Shown: piece after piece, positions 30,739 to 39,800 of the stretch
Position numbering within the stretch: the first letter of the stretch is position 1
How the letters are laid out: every line of letters begins with the position of its first letter
Source of the DNA: Kiritimatiellia bacterium
GTDB taxonomy: Bacteria > Verrucomicrobiota > Kiritimatiellia > RFP12 > UBA1067
Length of the DNA: 64,000 nucleotides
Reading direction: 5' to 3'
NCBI GenBank assembly: GCA_050949565.1
Contig: JBMNFY010000010.1
Span: 96,001 to 160,000, forward strand
The notes under the pieces: model-generated
The model's input: the letters and a program-made list of their open reading frames with translations, nothing else
The model's database searches: none
Told to the model about the DNA's origin: nothing
Program-made: the position numbers and the translations under genes

Positions 30739-32118
30739 ATGCGGAGGTGCGGGATGATGCGAGTCAAGATCGGTGTCGTCGGAATGTTGGTAGCGTGCGG
30801 CGTTTGGCACTCGGCAGCGAAAGACTTCACAGGGCCGGATGAGTGGCACACGGTCCACACCAACGCGGTAAAGGCTTGGCAAACCGCCCAGTCCAAAGCT
30901 CTGCCCGCCGACACCGTGTGGCGCGGGGTCGTTGCGGACCGGCAGCGGCGCGAGGTGCGCTTGCTGGCCGAGGCGGTCGGACACCGGGTCGGGATTACGG
31001 CGGAGTTTCTGTTGGTGGGGCCGCTGAGCGACCGCGCCTACGAGGCGGTGGCCGTGACGGTCGCGATGCCTGGCGACATCGTGCGCGCCGTTGAAAGTTT
31101 GGGGCTCGCGCGGGGCGGGTGTATCGGCAGCCGTCCGTTTCGCTTCTGGCCCTGCGGTGAACGTATCACGGCTACGGTGCGCCGCCTTGATGTACCGGAT
31201 GCGCCGGCCCGTCCGCTACAGGTTCTAATCAATGACGCAGAGAAAGAGAATCCGCTGGTGGGCGAGGGCGGCCTGGTTTTCACGGGCGCGCGCTGGGAGG
31301 GTGGGGGATGTTCGGCGGACACCAATATGCCGTCTTCTATCATCTCACTGTACAATGCGCCCGACACGGTTTTCGATGTGCCTTTTCGGGTCAGTCAAGG
31401 CGAGGTCTACGGCAGATTGTCGTTGGCGGAGGCTCTGCCGTACGGAGCACCGCTTGAGATCGTACTGCGTCCGCTGATGCCCGCCGATGGGCGCCCGCGT
31501 GTGCTGCCGCTGACAGTTTCGGCCACATGGAATGGCGAACGGGTGACGCTCACCTGCACCCATGCCGACGGAAGCAAGACCAAAGAGGGGGATATGGCCG
31601 AGGTTCTGACTTGGTTGCACGCGCAGTCCGAAGCCGGTCGCGAACCGTATCTGACTATACATTTTGACGATGCGATGCCGCTACGCCGCGCGGTGGGTGT
31701 GGCGCACGTCTTCGACATTGTGGACGGCAAGGGCATCAAACTGGACGGTAAGGCCGACGACGGGCTCTATCCCAGAGCCTTCCTGCCGCAGGAGAAGTGG
31801 CGCGAACACAAGGACCGCCACCCGCAACCGTTCGAGTTGCATGTGACGCAAGCGGAGGGCGGTACGTTGAGTAAGAAACTGGTCTTCATCGAAGAGGATT
31901 GGACGGTCGAGGGACTCGACCCCAAACTCACGCCGCGCGACTATCCGTTCACGGAGTGGGAAGAGTTCCCCAAACTCGTGATAAAGGCCGGCGGAACTGA
32001 CAGCAAGGTACGCCTGCTCTTTGTCCACGCGCCGGCAGACCTGCCGCTCAGTACCTTCATGCCCGGCGTCCGCGCAGTCGCCGACCGCCTCAACTTGGTT
32101 TACGTGTTTGGCAATTGA
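30739..32118 (+). CDS. hypothetical exported protein with YdjY-like N-terminal domain
   Basis: Signal peptide; EFLLVG....AYEAV..PGDI..A...LG and VFTG...SIISLYN pattern. Confidence 0.55.
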   Translation: MRRCGMMRVKIGVVGMLVACGVWHSAAKDFTGPDEWHTVHTNAVKAWQTAQSKALPADTVWRGVVADRQRREVRLLAEAVGHRVGITAEFLLVGPLSDRAYEAVAVTVAMPGDIVRAVESLGLARGGCIGSRPFRFWPCGERITATVRRLDVPDAPARPLQVLINDAEKENPLVGEGGLVFTGARWEGGGCSADTNMPSSIISLYNAPDTVFDVPFRVSQGEVYGRLSLAEALPYGAPLEIVLRPLMPADGRPRVLPLTVSATWNGERVTLTCTHADGSKTKEGDMAEVLTWLHAQSEAGREPYLTIHFDDAMPLRRAVGVAHVFDIVDGKGIKLDGKADDGLYPRAFLPQEKWREHKDRHPQPFELHVTQAEGGTLSKKLVFIEEDWTVEGLDPKLTPRDYPFTEWEEFPKLVIKAGGTDSKVRLLFVHAPADLPLSTFMPGVRAVADRLNLVYVFGN

Positions 32119-32236
32119 GCCGAGCAATCGGTTGATGACAGGGGGCATGCGAGTCGAGCGCGTGTTTTGTGTGTTCGCAGTCGGGAGCGGGCGTCCCCGC
32201 CCGCTGAACGTTGAGCGGTGAATGTTGAAAGTTGAA

Positions 32237-32534
32237 CCTAAAAAGAGCAGTTGAACCTTCAACTCTCTTTGGTTTCTGGTTTCTGGTTTCAAGGTTTCAA
32301 GGTTTCATGGTTTCATCCAAATCGGGATCGGGATCGCTATCGGGATCGATTGTTTAACCACGGAACACACCGAACACACGGAAAGGCATGGCTCTGTTTC
32401 CGTGTGTTTAGTGTGTTCCGTGGTTCCAATCAGAAATGGCGTTCTGCACCAAATAGGTGCGGCGCGGATCTCAACGGAAGCCAATGTTTACGGGGCTTTG
32501 CTCAAAATCTGCATGCTCAACTGCTCTTTTTAGG
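32237..32534. mobile_element. MITE-like element bounded by perfect 18-bp inverted repeats
   Basis: CCTAAAAAGAGCAGTTGA at 32237-32254 and its exact reverse complement at 32517-32534; non-coding repetitive interior. Confidence 0.65.
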
Positions 32535-32746
32535 GTAAATGTTTCTGGATTGCCATCCAATGAAACCCCCGACCACACCATCACGTCTGACAATGGATGC
32601 CCACCCTGATCGATGCAACAAAGGACGACTTTCATTCTGGCTATTGCATTGTAAGATCCCCTCTTCCTCCTCCCCTCAACGTTGATTTGTGCCACCACGG
32701 CAAAAGCAACCATACAGGTCAAAACAACAGCAGTAAGTTTTTTCAT
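32471..32746 (-). pseudogene. truncated partner (putative immunity) gene
   Basis: Signal/TM start, then KVVLCCIDQGGHPLSDVMV, equivalent to KVTLRVVDSRGNPVPDADV of the intact partners; cut at 32534 by the MITE. Confidence 0.6.
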
Positions 32747-32835
32747 TCCAGACCTCCTTTGACGACGACATCCCTGAACACATTGTACACGTAGAAAAAC
32801 GCCACATCTTTCAAGTCACTGTGTTTCCAGCGTCG
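32743..32835 (-). pseudogene. orphan hydrolase C-terminal stub
   Basis: RRWKHSDLKDVAFFYVYNVFRDVVVKGGLE* aligns with RWLHGDLKDMAFFYNHKLFEDVTAKGGLK*; its stop overlaps the next ATG. Confidence 0.8.
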
Positions 32836-32867
32836 TGCGGAACACAAGCCCCTTGATTATCCGCTTA

Positions 32868-34031
32868 TCACGGATAAGGTCCTTTGATCTCAAGATTCGT
32901 ATCACCCGGATTCGGATTCAGATAATACGACAATAGCACACCGCAGTAATTAGTCCCACGATCAGAGCCGCCGAACTCAAAATCGCTGACCACTGCAAAC
33001 CGCTTTCTTTCTCCTCTCCGCACGGCAACCACCCAGTACTCCTCTTTGCCGAGTGCGACATTGCTCAATATCTTGTCTTTTGTCCGAACCATGCCGAGCG
33101 TTAAGTCAGAGACCCACCCTGAATCCGGCGGCGCATACGCGAATTTGAAATCGCTGAATGAATCCTTGCGCATGGCCGCGATAGTTGCACCGCTCTCCGC
33201 CGTGACCACAAAACAGTTGGAGTAACAGTATGGTTCCGTATATTGCCATGAGTCAAACCAAAATGACAGATCCGCGACCTTCCCCGTCCCGAACGGTTCA
33301 ACCAAATCTCCGGTTTCGACGTCAAAACCCACTGTCTGATGCTTGGGGAATGTAAGCCATAACCTGTCTTTGCGTTGCATGCTAACCGGATTGCGCTTCT
33401 CCTTCAGCACGATTTCAACTGTCGGATTCCACGGCAGCCAGCGTCCGTCTTTGGCACAATCGTAACCGTTCTTGAAAAACCAGTATCGGATCACAGATGA
33501 ATAATGAGCTTGTTTTTCAATGGTGAAATTCACAAAACCCATGTTCTCGTTTTCAAGAGAGACTATTCCGTCCGCATCGGTCTCGATTTCAAAACGTCTC
33601 TTGTCTTTTGGTTGTCTTTGATTAAAGAATGCGCCTCTGACGGTCGCACTTGGAACGGGAAGCCCGCTGGAGTCAACCACACGGAGTGTGATGGCACCGA
33701 GCAAGCCGTGCTCCACCCCGCGCCTCATTTCCGGCGTATCAACCAACTGTTCGGGCAATCCGTGGTCTATTTCCAGAACCGTTACCGCACCAGAACCGAT
33801 ACTCAGCCTGCTTGTTCTGAACACATTCGATGGCTTCGCCGTCTGCTCTCGATAATTGCCAGATGTTCCAACTGCATTTTGGGCTCTAACAATCGAAGCC
33901 GCTTGTCCGGCCAACTTGTCCTCCGGCCTTCCAGTAATAGTCTCCGTGTGCTTCACAGGCCATCTTGACAAAAGGAACAATAATATGCCCGTCAAAACAG
34001 TTGCGATCACCACATATAGTGCCTGTTTCAT
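32868..34031 (-). CDS. membrane-anchored partner protein with carboxypeptidase-regulatory-like domain (putative immunity protein)
   Basis: N-terminal TM, ITLRVVDSSGLPVPSATV, CAKDGRWLPWNPTVEIVLKEKRNP, NPNPGDTNLE; paralog of 35713-36864. Confidence 0.7.
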   Translation of the reverse strand: MKQALYVVIATVLTGILLFLLSRWPVKHTETITGRPEDKLAGQAASIVRAQNAVGTSGNYREQTAKPSNVFRTSRLSIGSGAVTVLEIDHGLPEQLVDTPEMRRGVEHGLLGAITLRVVDSSGLPVPSATVRGAFFNQRQPKDKRRFEIETDADGIVSLENENMGFVNFTIEKQAHYSSVIRYWFFKNGYDCAKDGRWLPWNPTVEIVLKEKRNPVSMQRKDRLWLTFPKHQTVGFDVETGDLVEPFGTGKVADLSFWFDSWQYTEPYCYSNCFVVTAESGATIAAMRKDSFSDFKFAYAPPDSGWVSDLTLGMVRTKDKILSNVALGKEEYWVVAVRRGERKRFAVVSDFEFGGSDRGTNYCGVLLSYYLNPNPGDTNLEIKGPYP

Positions 34032-35635
34032 TTCAAGCCTCCTTTCGCGGTGACATCCTCAAACAGTTTGTGGTTGTAGAAGAATGCCATGTCCTTCAAA
34101 TCACCGTGCAGCCAGCGCATTTGTAAATCATCATGATTCCGCCCCCATCCGTTGGGACGGGCAACCGTATCCATGTTGATATTTCTATTAGGAAGCGGAT
34201 TGCCAGCGACATCCTTGATGTTAACGATTTGTCCCCCAGTCGGCCCCGACAACGCAGGTAGCCCTCGCGCTAGTAGCTCATTCTGCGTTGCGACGGGGAT
34301 TGTGTTGGTGAACATGGACGCGGGGCAGCGCAGGAACACCGGATGCTCGCCGAGTTCGGAGAGTAGGACGGATTCGGTCTGCACGGCAGGCGGATAAAAG
34401 GCGCCGTTGGGGGTGATCATATGGAAACCCGGACCGACCGCGCCCGACCATGAACTGGTCACGGCGGGTTCCTGATAGGTGTAGCTGTAGACGAAGCCCC
34501 ACCCGGCCCAGGATGTGCCCTCTGGGGTGACACCTTGGCTGAGACGGCCTTTGTGAACCTCCTGCTTGTGCCACGCGAACCATCCCCACGTCAGTTTATC
34601 CCAGATATCCATCCCTTCATTACTGCTGGGAGTGCCAGAAAAGAGTTCCAGCACCTCGTCGCCAGATGAGTAGTAGTTGTAAAGCTCGGTCAAGGCAGAC
34701 ACAGATGCGAGACGGTCCTTCCACGTGAGTTTCCTGCGGTCATCGGTCGGGTCGCCGGCAAAGAACTCGTGCCACTTGGCGCTCCAGCAGGTGTTGGTGT
34801 AGTCGCGCCAGTGTTCATGTGCCATCCAGTTGGCGGTGTCGGGCAAGTCACACCAATGAGACGAATCAAATGCCTCCGCCGCGACAGCGGCGTGGAACAT
34901 GAAGTACTTGTGAACGCTCATGCCGTGGTCGGCGATGGCCGATGAGACGACCATGTTGCCGAGACTGTGCGCCATGATGACCTTCTGGCCCAAAAGTCTG
35001 TTGACATAGCTCTTGAGGTGCGGCGCGGTTGCGAAGGCGGAGACCACATCTTCGTGGTAGCGAAAGACGTTTATGCCGCCAATATCGCCCCGCCACGTCA
35101 CCCCGTGGAAGCGCGCTTTGGAGCCGGACTGCCAGAGGCGCTTGAACATCTCGGAGTGCCAGGCGCGCGCCTCTTCCGGCGTGACGTTGAAGCCGTGCAG
35201 GAAGACGACGTTCGTGCCGTTCGCGGGCGGGAGGCAGGAACCCGGCGTCACGGCGGCGGCGCCGTCGCGCAGGTTGACGCGGGCGTACATCTGCTCCACG
35301 GGCGCGACGTGCAGGGGCAGCGACTTCTCCAGGACCTTCCTGCCTTTGCGCCAGATTTCAAGGACGAGGGGCTCGGTGGTCGCCGCGCGGCCCTCGATGA
35401 GGATGACGCCCTTGGACGGGTCGGCGCGGACGGCATCGGCGAAGACGCCGGGGAGCGCCACGCCGTCGGCGGTGATCTTGCGCGTGGCAACGGTCGGCGC
35501 GGCGGATGTTTGTTCCGGCGAGCGGCTGGCGTGTTCCACCACGGCAGCGCGTTTTGTCGTTTGGGTACGGACAACAAACAAGGCTATTATCGCCAGCACA
35601 AAAGATGCAACAATGATGACAGAGCGTTTGTTCAT
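34028..35635 (-). CDS. alpha/beta-hydrolase variant cassette fused to a partner-type N-terminal anchor
   Basis: VFLHGFNV, AHSLG, YNYYSSGDE, WLHGD; first ~49 aa resemble the N-terminus of 35713-36864. Confidence 0.75.
   Translation of the reverse strand: MNKRSVIIVASFVLAIIALFVVRTQTTKRAAVVEHASRSPEQTSAAPTVATRKITADGVALPGVFADAVRADPSKGVILIEGRAATTEPLVLEIWRKGRKVLEKSLPLHVAPVEQMYARVNLRDGAAAVTPGSCLPPANGTNVVFLHGFNVTPEEARAWHSEMFKRLWQSGSKARFHGVTWRGDIGGINVFRYHEDVVSAFATAPHLKSYVNRLLGQKVIMAHSLGNMVVSSAIADHGMSVHKYFMFHAAVAAEAFDSSHWCDLPDTANWMAHEHWRDYTNTCWSAKWHEFFAGDPTDDRRKLTWKDRLASVSALTELYNYYSSGDEVLELFSGTPSSNEGMDIWDKLTWGWFAWHKQEVHKGRLSQGVTPEGTSWAGWGFVYSYTYQEPAVTSSWSGAVGPGFHMITPNGAFYPPAVQTESVLLSELGEHPVFLRCPASMFTNTIPVATQNELLARGLPALSGPTGGQIVNIKDVAGNPLPNRNINMDTVARPNGWGRNHDDLQMRWLHGDLKDMAFFYNHKLFEDVTAKGGLK
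34870..35488. repeat. homology arm of about 620 bp, repeated at ~37652-38270
   Basis: Long exact matches at a constant offset of 2782 bp, e.g. gaagcgcgctttggagccggactgccagaggcgcttgaacatctcgg. Confidence 0.9.
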
Positions 35636-35690
35636 TTCAGATCCCCCTTCTGGACAATGTCGTCAAACAGAGGCGCGATGTAGGAGCCGC
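35632..35690 (-). pseudogene. orphan hydrolase C-terminal stub
   Basis: SYIAPLFDDIVQKGDLK* matches the hydrolase C-terminal pattern; its stop overlaps ATG 35635. Confidence 0.65.
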
Positions 35691-35712
35691 AAAACACTTG
35701 CTCCTGTTCGTC

Positions 35713-36864
35713 CTATGGATATATCTCTTTCCCTTCTAAATTCCGATCATTGTTGGTTGGATTGTAGCGATACTGCAATAACATGTATCCGGTTTCTCCG
35801 TCACGACTTTCGTCAAAAACAAATCGGTAGAACTTGCTGTATAATGATTCCAATATCTTACCGCTTTCGTCGGTAACGCATCTTGATTTCATGATGATAT
35901 AATTATCAGCCGACAAGCTCGTGTCTACCTCAATAACCGTTGGGGTGCGCCTGAATGAAAAAGAAAACTCACGGGTATATCCTGAGGCTGGTGCTTCATG
36001 TAGAGAGACAAACTGGCTATACAAATCCTTCTGCAGAATGATTGCCCCGCATCCCTCGTCAAACGACAGAACAAGGTCTTTTTTTAGGTTAGATCGATCA
36101 TTCCCGTTTGATGTGTATGTTAAAAAGAAATCAGCTACCGTTCCTGACCCATGGGGATCAACCAGTGCTCGTTTTTTACAATCAAACCCAACACGAATTC
36201 CTTTGGGCAAAAGAACTTTAATGTTCTGCACGGAAATCAGGTCGATCGGGTTACGTTTCTCCTTCATCACAACTTCCAGCGTGGGGTTCCACGGAACCCA
36301 TCTTCCGTTTTCAGCGCAGGGTTTGCCTTCGCGGTAAAACCAGTAATTGCGGTAGGTCCTGTAGTATCCCTCTTTCGAGGCATGGAAATGGACGTCCGAC
36401 TCCGACATGTGCTTCGCCGTGAAAAACCCGTTTTTATCGGTCTTGCCGTCAACGGAGTACGGGCCGCGATGGAAGAAGGCGACCTTGACATCGGCGTCCG
36501 GCACGGGGTTGCCGCGCGAGTCCACCACGCGGAGCGTGACCTTGGCGAGCGCGCCGTTCCTCTTCGCGTCCTTGACGGCCGGCGTGTTAGGCCCCCGTTC
36601 GCCGAGCTTGTACTCCTGCTGCGCCTGTGTCAGGTAGAGGGTCGAGCCAGGGGCGCAAAAGGGATGGGCACCGCCCTCGCGCGGACGCGTTTCCTTTTTC
36701 CCGCCCATAGTGACAACGGCTGGCACGGCAGATGTTTGTTCGGAAGCGCGGCGGACTTCGCTTGAAAGGGCAGGCGGTTTTTCGACACGGCTTCGGGTAA
36801 AAACAAGTCCGACCCCGAATATGACTAACGCAAAAACCGTGATGATAATCGTTCGCTTGTTCAT
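35713..36864 (-). CDS. membrane-anchored partner protein with carboxypeptidase-regulatory-like domain (putative cognate immunity protein)
   Basis: ATGA-coupled to the large hydrolase; TM anchor, VTLRVVDSRGNPVPDADV, KEGYY, CAENGRWVPWNPTLEVVMKEKRNP, NPTNNDRNLE. Confidence 0.7.
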   Translation of the reverse strand: MNKRTIIITVFALVIFGVGLVFTRSRVEKPPALSSEVRRASEQTSAVPAVVTMGGKKETRPREGGAHPFCAPGSTLYLTQAQQEYKLGERGPNTPAVKDAKRNGALAKVTLRVVDSRGNPVPDADVKVAFFHRGPYSVDGKTDKNGFFTAKHMSESDVHFHASKEGYYRTYRNYWFYREGKPCAENGRWVPWNPTLEVVMKEKRNPIDLISVQNIKVLLPKGIRVGFDCKKRALVDPHGSGTVADFFLTYTSNGNDRSNLKKDLVLSFDEGCGAIILQKDLYSQFVSLHEAPASGYTREFSFSFRRTPTVIEVDTSLSADNYIIMKSRCVTDESGKILESLYSKFYRFVFDESRDGETGYMLLQYRYNPTNNDRNLEGKEIYP

Positions 36865-39800
36865 TGTAAATTCCCCTGTTCAACAATGCTGTCGAAAATC
36901 TTGTGGTTGTAAAAATACGACATGTTCTTGATGTCGCCGTGCAGCCATCTGTCCTGATAGGTGCCATGCATCCTCCCCCAACCGTTTGGACGATAACTAA
37001 TATCATTCATATCAACATTGTTATCGCTCAAAATTTCAGGGACATTCCTATTCCCCGCCGCGCCGGAGAGGGCGGGAACCGCCTTGGCGAGGAGGGCGAA
37101 TCGGTCGGCCTCCGTGATCGGGTTTGCGAACATGCTGTCGGGAGCATGCCGGAAGCTGATGCAGACGAGGCCGGTGAGTTCCGTTTCCGAAAAGGCGTTC
37201 GCCTCGGCGGCGGTGTGGAGCGGGTGCGGCTCCTCGTTCATCATGGAGACCAGCTCAAAGCCCCAGCCCGCCCACGAGGTGCCGAAAAGCCCGGCAAATT
37301 CGTCTATCCCGGTGCGCCCCTTGTACAGTTCCTGTTTCTGCCATGAGTAGCGTTCCCTACCCGTCACGACCGGAATGCCGAGGTGAAGCTCAACCCCCTC
37401 CGTGGGAATGGGAGTCCCGTCGTACTGCTCGAAAATCTCATCCCCTGACGAATAGTAGTTGTAGAGACCGGGCAGGCAGGCGGTGAAACGCCCCTTCCAT
37501 GTGAGCGAGTGGCGGTCGTCATTCCCGAACACAAGATCAGGGTCGAACAACTGGTGATAAAGGGCGGACCACGTTCTGGGCAGGTAATCTGCCCAATCTT
37601 CATGCACCATGTTGTTGGCGGCGACCGTGGCGTTCCAGAGCGTGGGGTCGTACGCCTCGGCGGGGACGGCGGCGTTGAACATGAAGTACTTGTGAACGCT
37701 CATGCCGTGGTCGGCGATGGCCGAGGAGACGACCATGTTGCCCAAGCTGTGCGCCATCATGATTTTCTCGCCGGACAAGCCGTTGACGTAGTTCTTGAGG
37801 TGCGGCGCGGTTGCGAAGGCACTGACCACATCCTCGTGGTAGCGAAGGGCATTAGGCCATCCGATGTCACCCTCCCACGTCACCCCGTGGAAGCGCGCTT
37901 TGGAGCCGGACTGCCAGAGGCGCTTGAACATCTCGGCATGCCGTGCGCGCGCCTCTTCCGCATTCACATTGTAGCCGTGCAGGAAGACGACGTTCGTGCC
38001 GTTCGCGGGCGGGAGGCAGGACCCCGGCGTCACGGCGGCGGCGCCGTCGCGCAGGTTGACGCGGGTGTACATCTGCTCCACGGGCGCGACGCACAGGGGG
38101 AGCGACTTCTCCAGGACCTTCTTGCCCTTGCGCCAGATTTCAAGGACGAGGGGTTCGGTGGTCTCGGCGCGGCCCTCGATGAGGATGACGCCCTTGGACG
38201 GGTCGGCGCGGACGGCATCGACGAAGACGCCGGGGAGCGCCACGCCGTCGTCGGTGATCTTGCGCGTGGCGGCGGAGGCGAGTCCCGCGACGTCCGAAAC
38301 GAGGAAGGCGCCGGCGTCGTTGGTGGAGAGCGCGGTCGGGACGTAGGCGAGCGCGTTCCTGGCGTGGCGGAGCTTGATCTCGATCCTGCCGCCGCCGGGC
38401 ACCGCGTCGAGAAGGGCGAGGGCTTCGCTAAGATCCAGCCACACGGGGAAGAAGTCCGGCAGGTCGGCGCGGCCGTTGACGCGCTTGTCCCTGAAGTTGG
38501 CCCTGGACAGCCAGCCGGAGGACCGGCCGGGCCGGTCGCTTTCGCCCTCCGCGACGTCGCCCGTGTCCGCGTCGTCGTTGATCCAGAGGCGGAAGGTGTC
38601 CCCGGACACTTCAGCGGGGGAGATCTCGCGGTCGCGGTTGTAGTCGGGGACGAGCCCGGCGCGGATGACGGTGATCCGGGCGCTCTTCCCGGCGGCGTAG
38701 AAGGTGTCGCCCTCGTTATGGACGCCGAGGATGCCGTCGGGGTCGTCGGCGAGGACGGCCATGCCGGGCGCGGAGGCGTCCGGGGAGAACTCAAGCGTGT
38801 CGTCGTAGTCGGGGCGGGGGGTGTCGTCGTAGTCGGGGTCGGTGGCGACGTGTTCGAGCGCGACCTCGTAGGTCGCTCCGGCGGCAAGCCTGACGGTGAG
38901 CGGGTCGGGCTGGCCGAACGCGCGGTTCACCAGCGTCCAGCCGGGGCGGGCGTCGCCGGATACCGGGGTGACCGTCAGGCGGTATTTTTCGGAGTGGCTG
39001 CCGCTCGTGTCGCCGAAGAGGACCGTGAAGGGGACGGCCTCGCGGGGCTGGCTGTCGGCGGGGTCGAGCGGGTCGAACTCCGGCATGTTCCGGAACTCCC
39101 AGTAATCGTTCAGCCCGTCGCCGTCGGTGTCGGGGTTGAGCGGGTCGGTGCCGGCATCCACCTCGTTGCCGTCCGCAAGGCCGTCGCCGTCGGTGTCGTA
39201 ACCAAACGGGTCGGTGCCGAGGGCAAGCTCCGCGCCGTCGTTCAGCCTGTCGTCGTCGGTGTCGGGGTCGAGCGGGTCGGTGCCGATCCCGAAGCGGTAT
39301 TCCAGCGCGAGGCCGTCCGCGACGGACGCTGTTTCGCATGAAAACTGGAGCGCCTGCGGGACCGTCCGCGCCCCCAGCGTGGCCGAGCGCCCGTCGCCGT
39401 AGCCGCCGACGTTCCGGTAGAACACGCGGAAGCGGTTCGAAACGCCCTCCTCGAAGACAAGTTGGAACGAGACGAGGTTGTTCGTGGTCGCGCCGCCGGA
39501 ACGGAAGCCCGCGTCTTTGTATTCGATGACGCAGTGGCGGTGGCCGTTTGTCGTGACATCCGCCAGCGTGACGGCGGAACCGAGGTCTGCGGGGTAGAGG
39601 CACAGGTCGTCCCAGAACCCGGCGGCGAGCAGGCCGCAGCCGGACGGCATGTACGTATCGCCCATTTCGTCATTGGCGTGCCGCCCGGTGCCGATCGTCC
39701 CGGCTCCCGGGAAAAACCCGGCGATCCCGTTGGCGTTGGCCGACAGGTTGGTCAGCACCCGCCCCCCGAAGAAGAGCGGAAACGGGAGCGGCTCCTCCAC

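Noticed and set aside
34870-38270. Repeat pair as a DGR template/variable region
   Set aside because: No reverse transcriptase is present, the repeat is too long, and the differences are not restricted to adenines
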